NCBI RefSeq assembly: GCF_006345805.1
Contig: NC_043008.1
Span: 16,120,001 to 16,184,000, forward strand
Direction: 5' to 3'
DNA: 64,000 bases
Source: Octopus sinensis
Lineage: Eukaryota
Shown here: positions 1 to 12,488 of the stretch, one piece after another
Layout of the letters: each line of letters opens with the position of its first letter
How positions within the stretch are numbered: position 1 is the stretch's first letter
The notes under the pieces: generated by a model
Told to the model about the DNA's origin: nothing
The model's database searches: none
What the model saw: only the letters and a program-made list of their open reading frames with translations
Program-made: the position numbers and the translations under genes

Positions 1-552
1 GTCATAGAAAAATTTGTGAGAAATAAATTTGATATAGATATATAGAATTACAGAATTCTATAAATTTCTTTTGTGCAGACTAAATGGATAATGACGTTGC
101 TTACATGAGAATAAAATGAGAATAAAAAATAAAGATAAAACCAAAAAAAAAGTATGGAAAAGAGGAAAAGAAAATACAGCAAAAAATTATAAACCTCAAC
201 AATTCGAAAGTACAATTAGTTTTAAGCAAGTTTCTATAATGCTGCATGCTTGAAGTGAAGTAATAATTTCTTTGGTACAGTAATAATAGCAAAGGCGGTG
301 ACATTAGAGAAATTTCTGCTTCAATTTATCACCTCCCATTTCTTATATTTGAATGAGAAAATTTCGTCCCCAGTTAATATTGAGTTCAATAGAAACGTCC
401 TTCTGGTGGAAAAGGCATTTCAGACTTTTGGTCACGATTTTCTACAAATTTAATTTCCGGTAAGAGAGGGGGAAAAAAATAAAAGAATTTTGAATTCAAT
501 TCGTTTTATTTTTCTGCTAATTTATTTCAAAACTGTTGCACATTTCATACAC

Positions 553-1172
<620 letters not shown>

Positions 1173-1204
1173 AATACATTTCCTATGATGGGTATTCTGA
1201 GAGG

Positions 1205-1248
<44 letters not shown>

Positions 1249-1689
1249 GAGCTTCAGGCTATGTTACGTGCTTATACACAAAAATATGATGTTATCCCAA
1301 GTCTGCGTCTGTCTTCTCAATTAAAATACGTATCTATTTCCAACTCTCTTTTCGCTTATGTATGTGCGAGGATGCCTTTGTGTGTGCTAGAACGTGTGAG
1401 CACGTGCGATCGTGTGAACGTGTGCGAGAGTGAGAGTGAGAGTGTGTGTGAGCGTGTGAGTGTTTACTCGTTTATGTGCACGTGTATGTGTTGTCTGTGT
1501 GGAGTCAAATGCAATTATTTTGCATCGCAACGAATTTGTGTAGATCTTACAATACAGATATACATCTACACGTATGTATATTTACATACACACGTGTTCA
1601 CACGCACGCTCACACACAAACACACACATATGCTTATGTGTGTGTGTGTGTGCAATTTGTCAATGTATCACTAGTTCAAATCCGATACT

Positions 1690-1985
1690 ATCAAACAAAT
1701 CGATCCCAGTACTTATTTTCTAAAGCCTTGTTCTTATTCTACATGTTTCGTTTCCCGATCAGATGGTTGGAGACAAGCAGACAAAAATACACACACATAG
1801 ACGAGCTTCTTTCAATTTTTGTCTACCAGATCCATTTGTAAGGATTTGATCGATCCGAAGCTAACCCCCCCCCCACACACACACACGCATACACACAAAT
1901 GTACCCCTGCATACTATATAAAACACTTGAACGGGACTGGACCCCGAAGAATGTAGTCGGAAATCAAACTTCCTACTACACATCC
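1690..1985 (-). mobile_element. Degenerate copy of tRNA-derived SINE family A
   Basis: Eroded similarity by eye to the reverse complement of 61640-62040 (cttctttca..ctaccagatcca, gggactggacccc). Confidence 0.45.
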
Positions 1986-2859
1986 GCATCAAATATCTGT
2001 GGAAAATATATGTGTAATTACTAGATGCCTGAATTTGTCATTAAGCTAGGATCTGTTCATTTAGTATGAAATCCATGTCAGCTGGAAAACTTGAATTAAT
2101 ATAGACACTAGAACAGTTAAAAATTAATATTTATGAACATGGAATATCAGGCTACATTTCCACTAAAACTGCAACCAATTATAAACATAAATCTAATTTA
2201 TGGTGGTTTGCGGCAGAAAATATAAAATGATATACAATTATAAAGATCAGCTTCCATGTAGATTTTAGCATTTTTTTAATATCTAAAATCTTTCGGACAA
2301 CTGCATGTACATCTGGTGTTTCTTCATCCCTAATTGTAAATTCTGATTCGTGCCAATATTATTGGTACGCTTAGCTATGAGAGTAAATGATTCAACGCTT
2401 AACTGGGATAGGTAGGATGTTGAAGCAAAGAAAGTGTCCAACTAATGTGGCCACAAAAATAAGTAAAAGAACATCTGAAAGCTGAACAGATAAAAATAAA
2501 ATGAATATATCAAGAGTTCAATATATAAAAGTTATCACATTCTATTATCGAAATTGCAGTCATCAAGAGTTGAATGTCCGTTAGAATCTAACATCTTTCT
2601 TGTAGAAATAATTTCAAATTTTAAAAAGAAAGGAAAAAAAAAACTGGCAAAATTCTTATAGACATGGGAACACACAACTGCAAAGATAGACTCGCATATA
2701 CTCAGAATAATAAAAGCGCGCGCGCAGATATACACACACAAAGACACACACACGCACGTGTGTGCGAATAAATAAATGTATAATGCATGTATATATATAT
2801 ATATATATATGAATGAATGTATATGCACATATATAAATGTATATATATATATATTCTTA

Positions 2860-3106
2860 TATTCATTTACTTGATTGAGTCATTACACTGCGGCCATGTT
2901 GGAGCAACCTCTTGAAAGTTGTTAGTCGAAGAAATCGACCCTTTGGAATGATTCTTTGTCAGCCTTTTACTTAGTCTATCGGTCTCTTTTGCCGAACATC
3001 TATGTTAAATTGTCATGAACACACCAGCTTCATTTGTCAAGCGATGGCGGGTGTTGTGGGGGGCATACACACAAATATATACATACATACATTGAAACAC
3101 ACACAC
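2860..3106 (-). mobile_element. SINE family A, 3' half (left part of a SINE split by the LINE)
   Basis: gtcattacactgcggccatgttggagc, tagtcgaagaaatcgaccc and ctatcggtctcttttgccgaac match the reverse complement of the 3' half of 61640-62040. Confidence 0.85.
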
Positions 3107-3191
3107 AGATATATATACTTTGATAGGTTTCGGCCATTATTGGCCCAGGCCATGTCTAACTTAATAGCACCACCTGGTGAAGTCTTTCAAG

Positions 3192-6100
3192 TCAGAATTT
3201 GGGCACTATGGCCCACTCAAGTAGAGAGTTATTGTTTACAGAGACATATCCGGGTGTAGGGGGTTTATCCGGGATTTCTTGAAGGAATCTGTCCAAAGAC
3301 TTCTTGAACCCTATAGGGTCAGTTTCTGTTTTAATGTGTTTTGGTGTAATGTTAAAGAGAGCGGGGCCAATTGAGGTGAAATAATTGTGCCGTATTGTTG
3401 TTATGAGATGAGAGTGCGATTTTTGTTTTGGGCGGATGGCACGGGGCCCAAGCCTTGGATGTACCTTAAAGGTGATGCCAACATCATTTGGGCAATGCTG
3501 ATGGAATATTTTCCACATCATGCAGATGATGTAGCGCTCACGACGACGTTGGAGAGAATAGAGTTTTAGCTTTTCTAGTCGACCCCAATAGTCGAGGCCT
3601 GTCATGCCATCTATCTTTTTTGTGATTGCCCTTTGAGGTGCTTCGACTTTTATGATACCTTGTATTGTGTGGGGAGACCACAGTGGACAACAGTATTCAA
3701 GGTGGGGTCGGGCAAAAGTGGAGAAGAGAAGGATAATGGTGTGGATATCTCTCGACTGGAAAGTTCTGAGAATCCAGAAACACATTCTGCGGGCCATGTC
3801 AACTTTGGTGTTTATATGAGTGGCCCAGCTTACGTTGTTGTCCACAATTACTCCCAAGTCTCTGATGTTGTTGGACGCCGTGAGAGTTTCACCTGAAGGA
3901 AGGGAGTATGGGAGTTTCAGGGCATCCTCTTTTCCAAAGTGGATTAGCTCAAATTTATCCTCGTTCAGCAGCATATTGTTTTTTTCTGCCCATTGGATAA
4001 CAGCCAGTAGATCTGACTGAAGGCATGTCCGGTCACTCGCCTCATTTATGACCTTCTGTAGCTTGGAGTCATCTGCAAAGATTTTTATGTTGCTGTGCTT
4101 GATGATGTCATTAATGTCATTAATGTAAATGATGAAAAGAAGTGGGCCCAGCACAGTGCCTTGCGGAACGCCACTACTGACTTTGGCTGGGCTTGATTTT
4201 ACCCCTTCAACTACAACATGTTGAGATCTGTCTGTCAGGAAACACTTAATCCATTTCAGTAACTTTCCAGAGACACCAATGTTGGATAGTTTTTTCAATA
4301 GGATCTTGTGATCGACCCTGTCGAAGGCCTTACTGAAATCAAGGTAGATGACATCGGTGTTGGAGCCCTCTCCCAAAGCTCTCAAAATGTCCTCAAAGTG
4401 ATGCAGGAGCTGCGTTAGGCAGTCCCTTCCATTACGGAACCCATGTTGGTTGGAGATCAGCCGTCTGTTGCTTTCCAGAAATTGGGTTATTTGAGATCTC
4501 ACCACCCTCTCAAATACCTTGATGATATGAGAGGTGAGTGAGATCGGACGGTAATTCACTGCAAGGACTTGTTTCCCTTTTTGAAAACTGGGACAACAGA
4601 CTGGGACAGAAGGTTTTTTGGAATATAGCCAGCATCCAGTGAGTTTCTCCACAGATTAGCAAGGGGAGATGCAAGTTGGTGTCGACACACCTTCAGGACA
4701 CAAGCAGGGAACCTATCGGGGCCTACTGCTGAATTGTGTTTTATTTCGTTTATCGCCGCTAAGACATCAGGGGCACTAAACGTTATGTCCGATATAGTGT
4801 GTTGGGGGTTGACATCACTGATACAGCCCAGATCGGCCATATCAGGATTGCTGAAAACAGAGCAGTATTGTTTCTGCAGTATCTCGGCCATGGATTTGGC
4901 ATTATCTTGGAGAGTGCCAGTTTCGTCAATTAGAGGGCCTACATTGGAGACAGTGACCCTGCGTTTCCTCGCAAATGAAAAGAACACTTTGGGGTTGAGT
5001 TTGATTTTTTCAATGGCCCACTTCTCCTCAGCTGATCTTTGGTTATTGATGAGGGACTTCATGCATTGTTGGAGGTTATATTTTTTGGATTCAAGCAGTG
5101 CGATAGCCGTCGAATGTGTGTGTGCTGTTGGCAGTACTTTAGTTTGTTAATTTTTTTGTTTGTTCTTTTTTTTTTCTGATAATGGTTTTTCTGTTTTGGG
5201 GGATTCTGCACTTTTTGTTCACAGGTCTTGGTGGGGAGTGTTTTGCACATATGTCTGTGACGGTGTCTACAAAGATCTGCCAAGATGTTTTATGGTTGGT
5301 GGAGATGTGTGTATGTGTAAAGGACCAGTCAACATTTGATAGCTCGTTCCTGATTGCATCCCAGTTGGCTTTATGGAGATCCATGTTGTCAAATGGGTGG
5401 GCTGGAGGAAGGTCACTAGGATTAGCTTTCGGCTGGTGGAATTTCATGTTACAGAGAACCATGTCATGGTCTGAAAGAAGGGTTTTTTCCACTGTAACGT
5501 TATGTATAGTGTTAGTGTGGTTACTAAACACTAGGTCCAAAATGTTCTGATGTCTTGTTGGTGCAAGGACAAGTTGGGACAAGAAAAACTCATTCGTAAA
5601 GTCGAAAAGTGACTCTGCTGCTTCTTTGTCAGCGGTTGAGGCGGGGTGCTTGGTTTCAAACAGTTTGTAGTCCAGTCAACACAGGGTAGATTGAAGTCTC
5701 CCATCATGAGTATGTTGCTAGAATGGCACTGTTGAATAAAGCACTTAATGCTGTTGAGGCATTCTTTAAAGCACAGTATGGGTGTTTGGGGCGGCCTATA
5801 GAGTCCAATTACTGTCAGATCATTGGCTTTGTTGTGCACGGTGACTGATTCACAGTAGCCGTTGGAGAATATACTATTTCCATCTGCCGTAAATGAATCA
5901 TGCAGGAAAATGGCAGTTCCACCCTTCCTCCTGCCGATACGATCCGCGCGGATGGTTGTGAAATTCTTCACTCTCACTTCGGCTTCCAAGTGGGAGTTGT
6001 CAAGGTGGGTCTCAGTGAGAATGAAGAAAGGGATGTGGTGTGAATGGTTACCAACCCAGTCTTCAATGAATTGGACCTTCCATTTTTGTGCATTGATGGA

Positions 6101-6223
6101 AGGGCTGACACCTTGTGCATTGAGTAGGAATGTGGAGGTTAGTGTAGTGGCTGGTTTTGACTGTTGCAGGGGGCTTGGATTTTTTGTGTGTGTTAGTGGC
6201 AGCAATGTGGGGAATTGGTGCAC
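3192..6223 (-). pseudogene. LINE ORF2 (APE endonuclease + reverse transcriptase), broken by four frameshifts
   Basis: APE motifs LLNAQG, ILTETHL, GLYRPP, MGDFNLP, NILDLVF; RT motifs NYRPISLTS, YLDFSKAFDRVDH, SGVPQGTVLGPLLF, IFADDSKL; C-terminus PDKPPTPGY..NNSLLEW. Spread over ORFs 5531-6223, 5139-5582, 5059-5283, 4556-5062 and 3192-4652. Confidence 0.95.
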
Positions 6224-7350
6224 TGGGGTAATAGCATAGGATGGTGTTGAGTGATGGCTAGAATGTTTTTGTGTATCTCTTTTGCCATGTTCAACATGGC
6301 TAAAAAAGAATTTTCCTGCTTAGGGAGCAGTTTTTGGCTGGAGTTGTGGTTGCACTGTTGGATAGGGTTGTAGTTTCCACTTTTGTTGTTGTTGTTTTTG
6401 TGTCTTCCTGAAAAGACTGGACCAGCATTACTGCAGCATGGTGTGTTTCTATTTTTATTGTTATTCAGGTTTGTGTGTTGGCTTGAGGCCCCGTTTCTGT
6501 TTGTGCGTCGGGTCCCTGGAAGATGAGTGAAGGGACAGTCACTCAGTAGACATGTTCTCTCACGTTGGGAATACCGGCAGATTTTGGGACTCCGAGTTGT
6601 GTGTGTTTTGAATTTCGATTTACTATTTGGTGGTGTTGATGTTATTGTGGGATGCGTGCTTTGGCCTTGGCCAGTAGTGCGTCTAGTGCCGGGTAGATGC
6701 GTGAAGATGCAGTCACTATTTGTGCAGAGTCTCTGGCGCAGTGAATAGCGGCATATTTGGGGATTTCTTGTTTGTGCCGTGGGGGGCGCATTCTGCTTCC
6801 TATGTTTCTTTAAGTTTTTGTTACTGCAGTAGTATTGAGGTGGTGATGTGGGGGAAGAGGGCAGTGGTTTCTTATTTGGTTTTCTGTTGGTATTTTTGGT
6901 GATAGAAGACGATGGTGGCAGCGGTGGTGATGATGATGATGATAATTGTGGTGGTTGCTGTGAGAGCGGTGAAAAGATACTGGCATTTAGTGAATCGTCT
7001 AGTAAGCTAGAGTTGAGGAGTGGCTGTTGTTGTTCTTGTTGCTGTGGCTGTTGTTGTTGTTGTTGTGCCTGACCGATGTCAGGGTCAGCCATTGTGTTGG
7101 GAACCAGGAGTGGCTCATTCTGTTGTTGTTGTTGTGGCTGCTGATTTTCTAGCTGTTGTTGTTCTTGAACTGTGAAAATATGTAGAAGCTTTTCATAATG
7201 GCCTCTTATCAGTTTGAAAGATACTTCGATATGTTTCAACTTGCTACGAATCTGTTTGACGGATCGTGTGTTGACCACTTGTGATGTTTTTTCGGCAATC
7301 TCATTCAAACACAAGACATTTAGATTTTCTGTTTGGAAAGAGAGAGCCAT
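6193..7350 (-). CDS. LINE ORF1 protein, 385 aa, Q/S/P-rich with two CCCH-type zinc fingers
   Basis: Open 385-codon frame directly upstream of ORF2; two repeats of C-x8-C-x4-C-x3-H (CRYSLRQRLCTNSDCIFTH and CRYSQRERTCLLSDCPFTH). Confidence 0.85.
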   Translation of the reverse strand: MALSFQTENLNVLCLNEIAEKTSQVVNTRSVKQIRSKLKHIEVSFKLIRGHYEKLLHIFTVQEQQQLENQQPQQQQQNEPLLVPNTMADPDIGQAQQQQQQPQQQEQQQPLLNSSLLDDSLNASIFSPLSQQPPQLSSSSSPPLPPSSSITKNTNRKPNKKPLPSSPTSPPQYYCSNKNLKKHRKQNAPPTAQTRNPQICRYSLRQRLCTNSDCIFTHLPGTRRTTGQGQSTHPTITSTPPNSKSKFKTHTTRSPKICRYSQRERTCLLSDCPFTHLPGTRRTNRNGASSQHTNLNNNKNRNTPCCSNAGPVFSGRHKNNNNKSGNYNPIQQCNHNSSQKLLPKQENSFLAMLNMAKEIHKNILAITQHHPMLLPQCTNSPHCCH

Positions 7351-7748
7351 GTGTTTATTAAAACATCAATTTCGTTATCAGACCAATTTCGTCTGTTGCA
7401 GGCCTGCAAGTTAGTCATGTTTGTTTTTCTTTTTGTTTGTTTTCCTTTTGATTTTTGAAAATATATATATCTTTCTTGGGAGTTAAAGAAGTGTATATAT
7501 ATATAAATGTTTCTCTTTAAGGGTGTGAGTTTTTTATTATTTGGTTGTTTGAGGATATTAAAAGAAAAACAGGTGTATATAACAATTTGTAGTTAAATGA
7601 AAACGTACTTACGGGTTTGTAGGCAAACACGTGGTTACAAATATATATATATTTAGGTCAGTTAGTTTTGAAGCTGTGTTGCTTGCTACTGACTTCAGGA
7701 GAGAAACAAATAGACGTCCGTCCAGTTCAACAGTCAATAGAGATATAT

Positions 7749-7755
7749 CTATATA

Positions 7756-7822
<67 letters not shown>

Positions 7823-8030
7823 CAAAATATTATTTGAGACAAAACCACTATTTTGCAAAACAAACAAGGAAAGACTTAATCAATACATAAAATTTAATAA
7901 TATATATTATACATATATATATATATATATTATATATATATTATATATATATATATAATATATATATATATATATACGACGGGCTTTTAGTTTCCACCTT
8001 CCAAATCCACAAGCATGCGTACACAAGCAC
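7749..8030 (-). mobile_element. Remainder of the split SINE A (internal TA tract + partial 5' half)
   Basis: After the TA tract, tatacgacgggcttttagtttcc..ccaaatccac..aag at 7972-8012 is the sequence following the internal microsatellite in reverse-complemented family A copies. Confidence 0.75.
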
Positions 8031-8587
8031 ACACTTCTCTGTTTCCCCTCTGTGTGTATGTGTGTAAGTCTTGCTCTCTCTCTCTCTATTTTAAAATTAT
8101 ACATATATAATTTTAAAATAGGATAAAATATTTATAAGAATTTATCAAGTAGTTATCTTGAAAAAACCCTCATAAGGATAACATTTATTAGTTATTCCCT
8201 TTAAATACATTTATTTATATTGAGGGTATTGCTATACATAAATGCTAAGAGGGACTCTTAAAGTCAAAATCTATCATAATAAACACATCGTACCGAACGC
8301 GGTGTTCGTCTGGTATGTTGAATTTTTGTTCATTTCTATATGTCTTGATTATGCTTGCACTGAAGATTAAAAAGTGCATTATGTGCACTCATTATGAAAG
8401 CATATGATCTGCAGCTGAATGTGTTTTTAGGAGGCTTGCTTCGTGAGTTGCATTCCCTCACGTTCGGTGCAATGTTTATTATGGTAGGTTTTGACTTCAA
8501 GAGTCCTTACTTAAGTGAGGCATTTATGTACAGAAATGCCCTTAATATATATAATTATATGTAAAGGGAATAATTAACAAATAAAGA

Positions 8588-9190
8588 GCTTGATCGAGAT
8601 GAGTCCCCCAAACATTTCCCAAAGCCAAAGTTGCATCAGCAAAAGTCTATGGTGACTGTCTGGTGGTCTGCAATGGTTGTTGTTCATTACAGCTTCCGGG
8701 AAGCTAATGAGAGTATTACAGCAAAGGTTTACTGCAATCAACTGGCTGAATTGCATGTTCACTTGAAAAAGATGAGACCTATATTGGTGAATCGGCGTAG
8801 CTCAATTGTGCTCCACAAAAATGCAAAGCCACTTGTTGCAAAAATGAGGCTGCAGAAACTCACAGACTTGGGATACGAGACTTTACCTCATACGTTTATA
8901 TTCTCCTGATTTTTCACCCACTGACTACCATTTTTAAAGCATTTTAACACGTTTTTAAGTGATAAAACTTCCAGGTGCAAACCAGAGATGGAATCAGCTT
9001 TCAAAGATTTCTTAGCATCAAAGCCAATAATTTTTTGTCAACGAGGCAGAAATAATCTCGTTGATCGATGGCAGAGATGCATAGATGTTCAAGGCTCATA
9101 CTTTGACTAATCAAAACATTTCTATTGATAATTTTTCCAGATTAAAATTATGTTTCTGAAATCGGTTATTATTTTCGGAACAACCTAATA
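8588..9190 (+). mobile_element. Mariner (Hsmar1/cecropia-like) transposon, 3' part with right TIR
   Basis: Translation PKHFPKPKLHQQKSMVTVWWSA..LVNRRSSIVLHKNAKP..LGYETLPH..YSPD-like, plus CIDVQGSYFD*; ends in a mariner TIR-like aaatcggttattattttcggaacaacctaa followed by TA. Confidence 0.9.
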
Positions 9191-9209
9191 CCTGAGAGGT
9201 GAGATATTA

Positions 9210-9697
9210 AGAGTTCTTTAATCTTTTATCGTTAATTTTTTCCATCATTGATGCTGGAGCATCACCTTCAAGGCCTAAGCTGTACAAAACGATTCCAGTA
9301 TTTATTAAGTTAAAGCTTGTACTTAATCTGACATTTTTGCCGAATTGCAAAGTTACAGGGGCGTAAAAAGACAACACCAATTGTCGAATGATGCTGGGCG
9401 ACAACCAGAAACACACACACACATGTATAAGCACACACACATATATACACATACACACACACACACACACAAGTATAAGCATACATACATATATTCACAT
9501 GCACACACACACATACACACAGATATATATATAGATATATTTACGTATAAATATGAATATATGTTCGACGGGCTTGTTTCACTTTCACTAAGTCTACATA
9601 CAATTATTATAAAAGTCACTTGATCAAGGCGCTCTGCGTGGGGACTGGATTCAAGATTCTATGGTAGAGAACTAATTCTCTTAACCACAAAGCCACT
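9210..9697 (-). mobile_element. SINE family A, diverged full-length copy
   Basis: Tail, internal (CA)/(TA) tract, cgacgggctt, gtgggactg and ttaaccacaaagccact occur in family A order. Confidence 0.75.
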
Positions 9698-10721
9698 GCT
9701 AGGGTCTTTTTAAGCAAAAATTTAATAGTTCGTCTAAGTAACAGAGTTTTATAATCTCTTGCACGTAACATGTAAGAGAATCAAAAAATTACATTCATCT
9801 CTTTTTTTCATTTACCGAAATCGCTTGCCTTAACATCATCATTAATATAATACCCTAGGAAATTTAATAGTGCTGAAACCATTTGGGTAGTTGAAGAAAA
9901 GAAGAGAGAATATAGTAATAAAATGACAATAAATTACAAACAGTTATTGAAATGGTGTCCATACACAATTTTTATCACTTTCATTCAACAGCAATTGCTT
10001 TTCGATATGCTATGAACACGGCATCACACTATGAAATGAACAGGGGAAATAACATCTCCCCGCTGTCGAGATGGAGACGCCATAATCCGCAAATGTCCCT
10101 TTAATACAGGGAAAATGGGTTTTGTCGAAATAAAATAGACATTTCGATATTCTACTTTGGGAATACGAAGACAAACAGCAATGGATATATCTATTTTCCC
10201 AGCTGATACAATGTTATTTTGTGGCGACTAAACAATATCATGGAGAGGGCCATTTCATAAGCACAGTATCATATTTTAGAAAAATACTTTTCACTTACTC
10301 CGCAACAGTAAATAATTGTGAAATTACTCTTAATTCAATGTTATGATATATCATATAATGACCATGGACGTGCTAATACATACGTTTTCGTTATGTATTT
10401 TTCCCCGATAGAAATCATCTCCCTATGAACAACTTCATTCAACAATGCTCAGATGTTGTCTGGCTACATCATGTATGCGAGATGAATGCCTTTCCTCCGA
10501 GAATGGCTTTAGGCATTACATAACATCACTTTTTTTTATTCTCAGTCCCAAAGCTATTTCAGCTTCGTCTTTATGTGTTATAAATTATTCATGTTTGATT
10601 GATACATATTTCTATATCATTTATTTTGTTTTTGTTTTCTGTCGTTTGGCCATGACGCTATGCCTCTACGTCATTTCCAAGCGTTACATCTGCTGTTTTC
10701 AACTTCTATCGAACTACTAGC

Positions 10722-10852
10722 ATATAGGCTGTGTGGTAAGAAGGTTGCTTCTCAGCCACATGCTTCCGGGTTCAGTCCGACTGCGTGGCACCTTCGGCCT
10801 GTTATTGTACCCTCGGGCCGACGAAAGAAATGTAAGTGCATTTGGTAGACAG
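10722..10852 (+). mobile_element. SINE family A, 5' tRNA-like half
   Basis: ggctgtgtggtaag (A-box-like), gggttcagtcc (B-box-like), ctcgggccgac. Confidence 0.8.
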
Positions 10853-11206
10853 TATATATATATGTATATATATAACAAAGTGGAGTTATGGGGTACCGCA
10901 TGAGTGGAATTATATACGAAAGAAGGTTTGAACATGCAATTTAAAAGATGTTTATTTACTTTACCGGTTTCACTCTTTGGGAAAATATTGTCAAAAGTAA
11001 CTTGTAGAAGTTTAGTTGCGTTAATTATTGTTACAAATTGCTACATTACATATATACAGTCTTTGGTAACAGGGACATGTTAAGGACATGTATATATATG
11101 TGTATTATATATGTATATATATGTATACATTGTATATGTATATATGTATATGTGTATACATTGTATAGGTATATGTATGGTATGTATATGTATATGTATG
11201 TGTACG

Positions 11207-11272
<66 letters not shown>

Positions 11273-11347
11273 GTATGTATACATACATACATGCATATGT
11301 GTGTGTGTGTGTGTGTGCGTGCGTGCGTGTGTGTGTGTGCTAGCAAT

Positions 11348-12295
11348 CTAGCAAGGCCTTCCCTGCGTTACCCGGGTTTTATGATCTACAGTCACATTGT
11401 ATTTCTTATGGGCAGAATCAATGATATATAAATAGCGTGATGGAAGTTATTTTTTGTTTAATAGTGAAGGGCGAGGGTACAATTTGCATGAGTTTGCATG
11501 AAAGTGTTTTCTGTTCTTAAGAAGGATCAGGAACCATGTATTGTTTCAGGGGTTAATGCGATTTTGTCCAGTATTCACGTTATCAAAATATTTTTCGAAA
11601 CCACAATTTCTTAATTTGTAACTTATTTCGATTTTTTTTATCTACGAAGAAAAATACAGAGATTACGTATCTGGGGATATATATAAATATTATAGTTTAA
11701 TTTCTGTTAAAGAAATAATCAATGCCCCTTCACTCACTTGACCCATTCATCACCTACCCGCTTTCGAAAAGCTAAAATCTCCCTACCTTTCACTTTTTTC
11801 TGATGTTTCCCGCATGCGTAGAATCCTAGCGAAATATTAGACATAAAATATACTAGACCGCCACCAGAAAGCCCGGCATGCTAAAAAGAGCAGGTAAACG
11901 ACATTATTTCTGAGGGAAAATCCCCGCTTTCCAAAAAGCTAAAAGTTAAACATTGCGAGTGTGTAGCTTTTTGAAAGTGCTGAGGTGAAGAGTAACATTT
12001 TTAAAGATTCGTAGTCTGTTTTTTTTTCCTATGGATTACAGACAAAAAACAAACTGAAAAAAGCACAAAAGTTTATTTGGTGTGAAGAGAGAGAAAATTA
12101 TTATATTGAGAACGTATTTTGTGGATGAAATCCACTTCTCCTGCATCGCATTCATAATAATCGGGAGAAATAAAGGAAAAAAATATAAATGGGGGATGAG
12201 TAGGGGGCGTAAATGTCACCTCGGACATGCTAAAAAGAAGGGGTAAAGAATAGGATTTCTGGGAACACTTCTTTTAAGTTTATATCGATAAAGAG
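11348..12295 (-). mobile_element. Non-autonomous Helitron-like element
   Basis: The left end read on the minus strand is cccgggtaacgcagggaaggccttgCTAG (hairpin + CTAG, like the ends at 17941 and 60517). Internal repeated catgctaaaaag motif at ~11877 and ~12227. 5' boundary approximate. Confidence 0.55.
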
Positions 12296-12488
12296 GGTGT
12301 CTCCGGCATTACAACCAGCCAAGAACTGTCTTCGCTACATTTGCGGTACCTGCCAGAGGGAGTGTTTGTCCAGGATAGGACTACACAGCCACAGCAGGAA
12401 ATGTATCAGGACATGAAATATAAAAGCCAGACTAGACTACTTTATGCGCAACTCCATTGTCTCCCGAGACAAAAAGGATGCCAACTAA
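12296..12488 (+). mobile_element. 3' end of an RTE-clade LINE
   Basis: 12336-12416 translates YICGTCQRECLSRIGLHSHSRKCIRT*, resembling the C-terminal C2H2-like motif of RTE ORFs, followed by a short 3' UTR. Confidence 0.7.

Larger units (their letters stand above)
3115..7740 (-). mobile_element. Near-full-length non-LTR retrotransposon (LINE, CR1/L2 group) with ORF1 + APE-RT ORF2
   Basis: ORF1 (6193-7350) followed by APE endonuclease and RT segments on the minus strand. Candidate 8-bp TSD agatatat at 3107-3114 and 7741-7748 (low complexity, so tentative). Confidence 0.95.

Noticed and set aside
374-462. Possible plus-strand exon (cccag|...ccg|gtaaga)
   Set aside because: One frame is open, but the peptide is unrecognisable and there is no supporting neighbouring exon.
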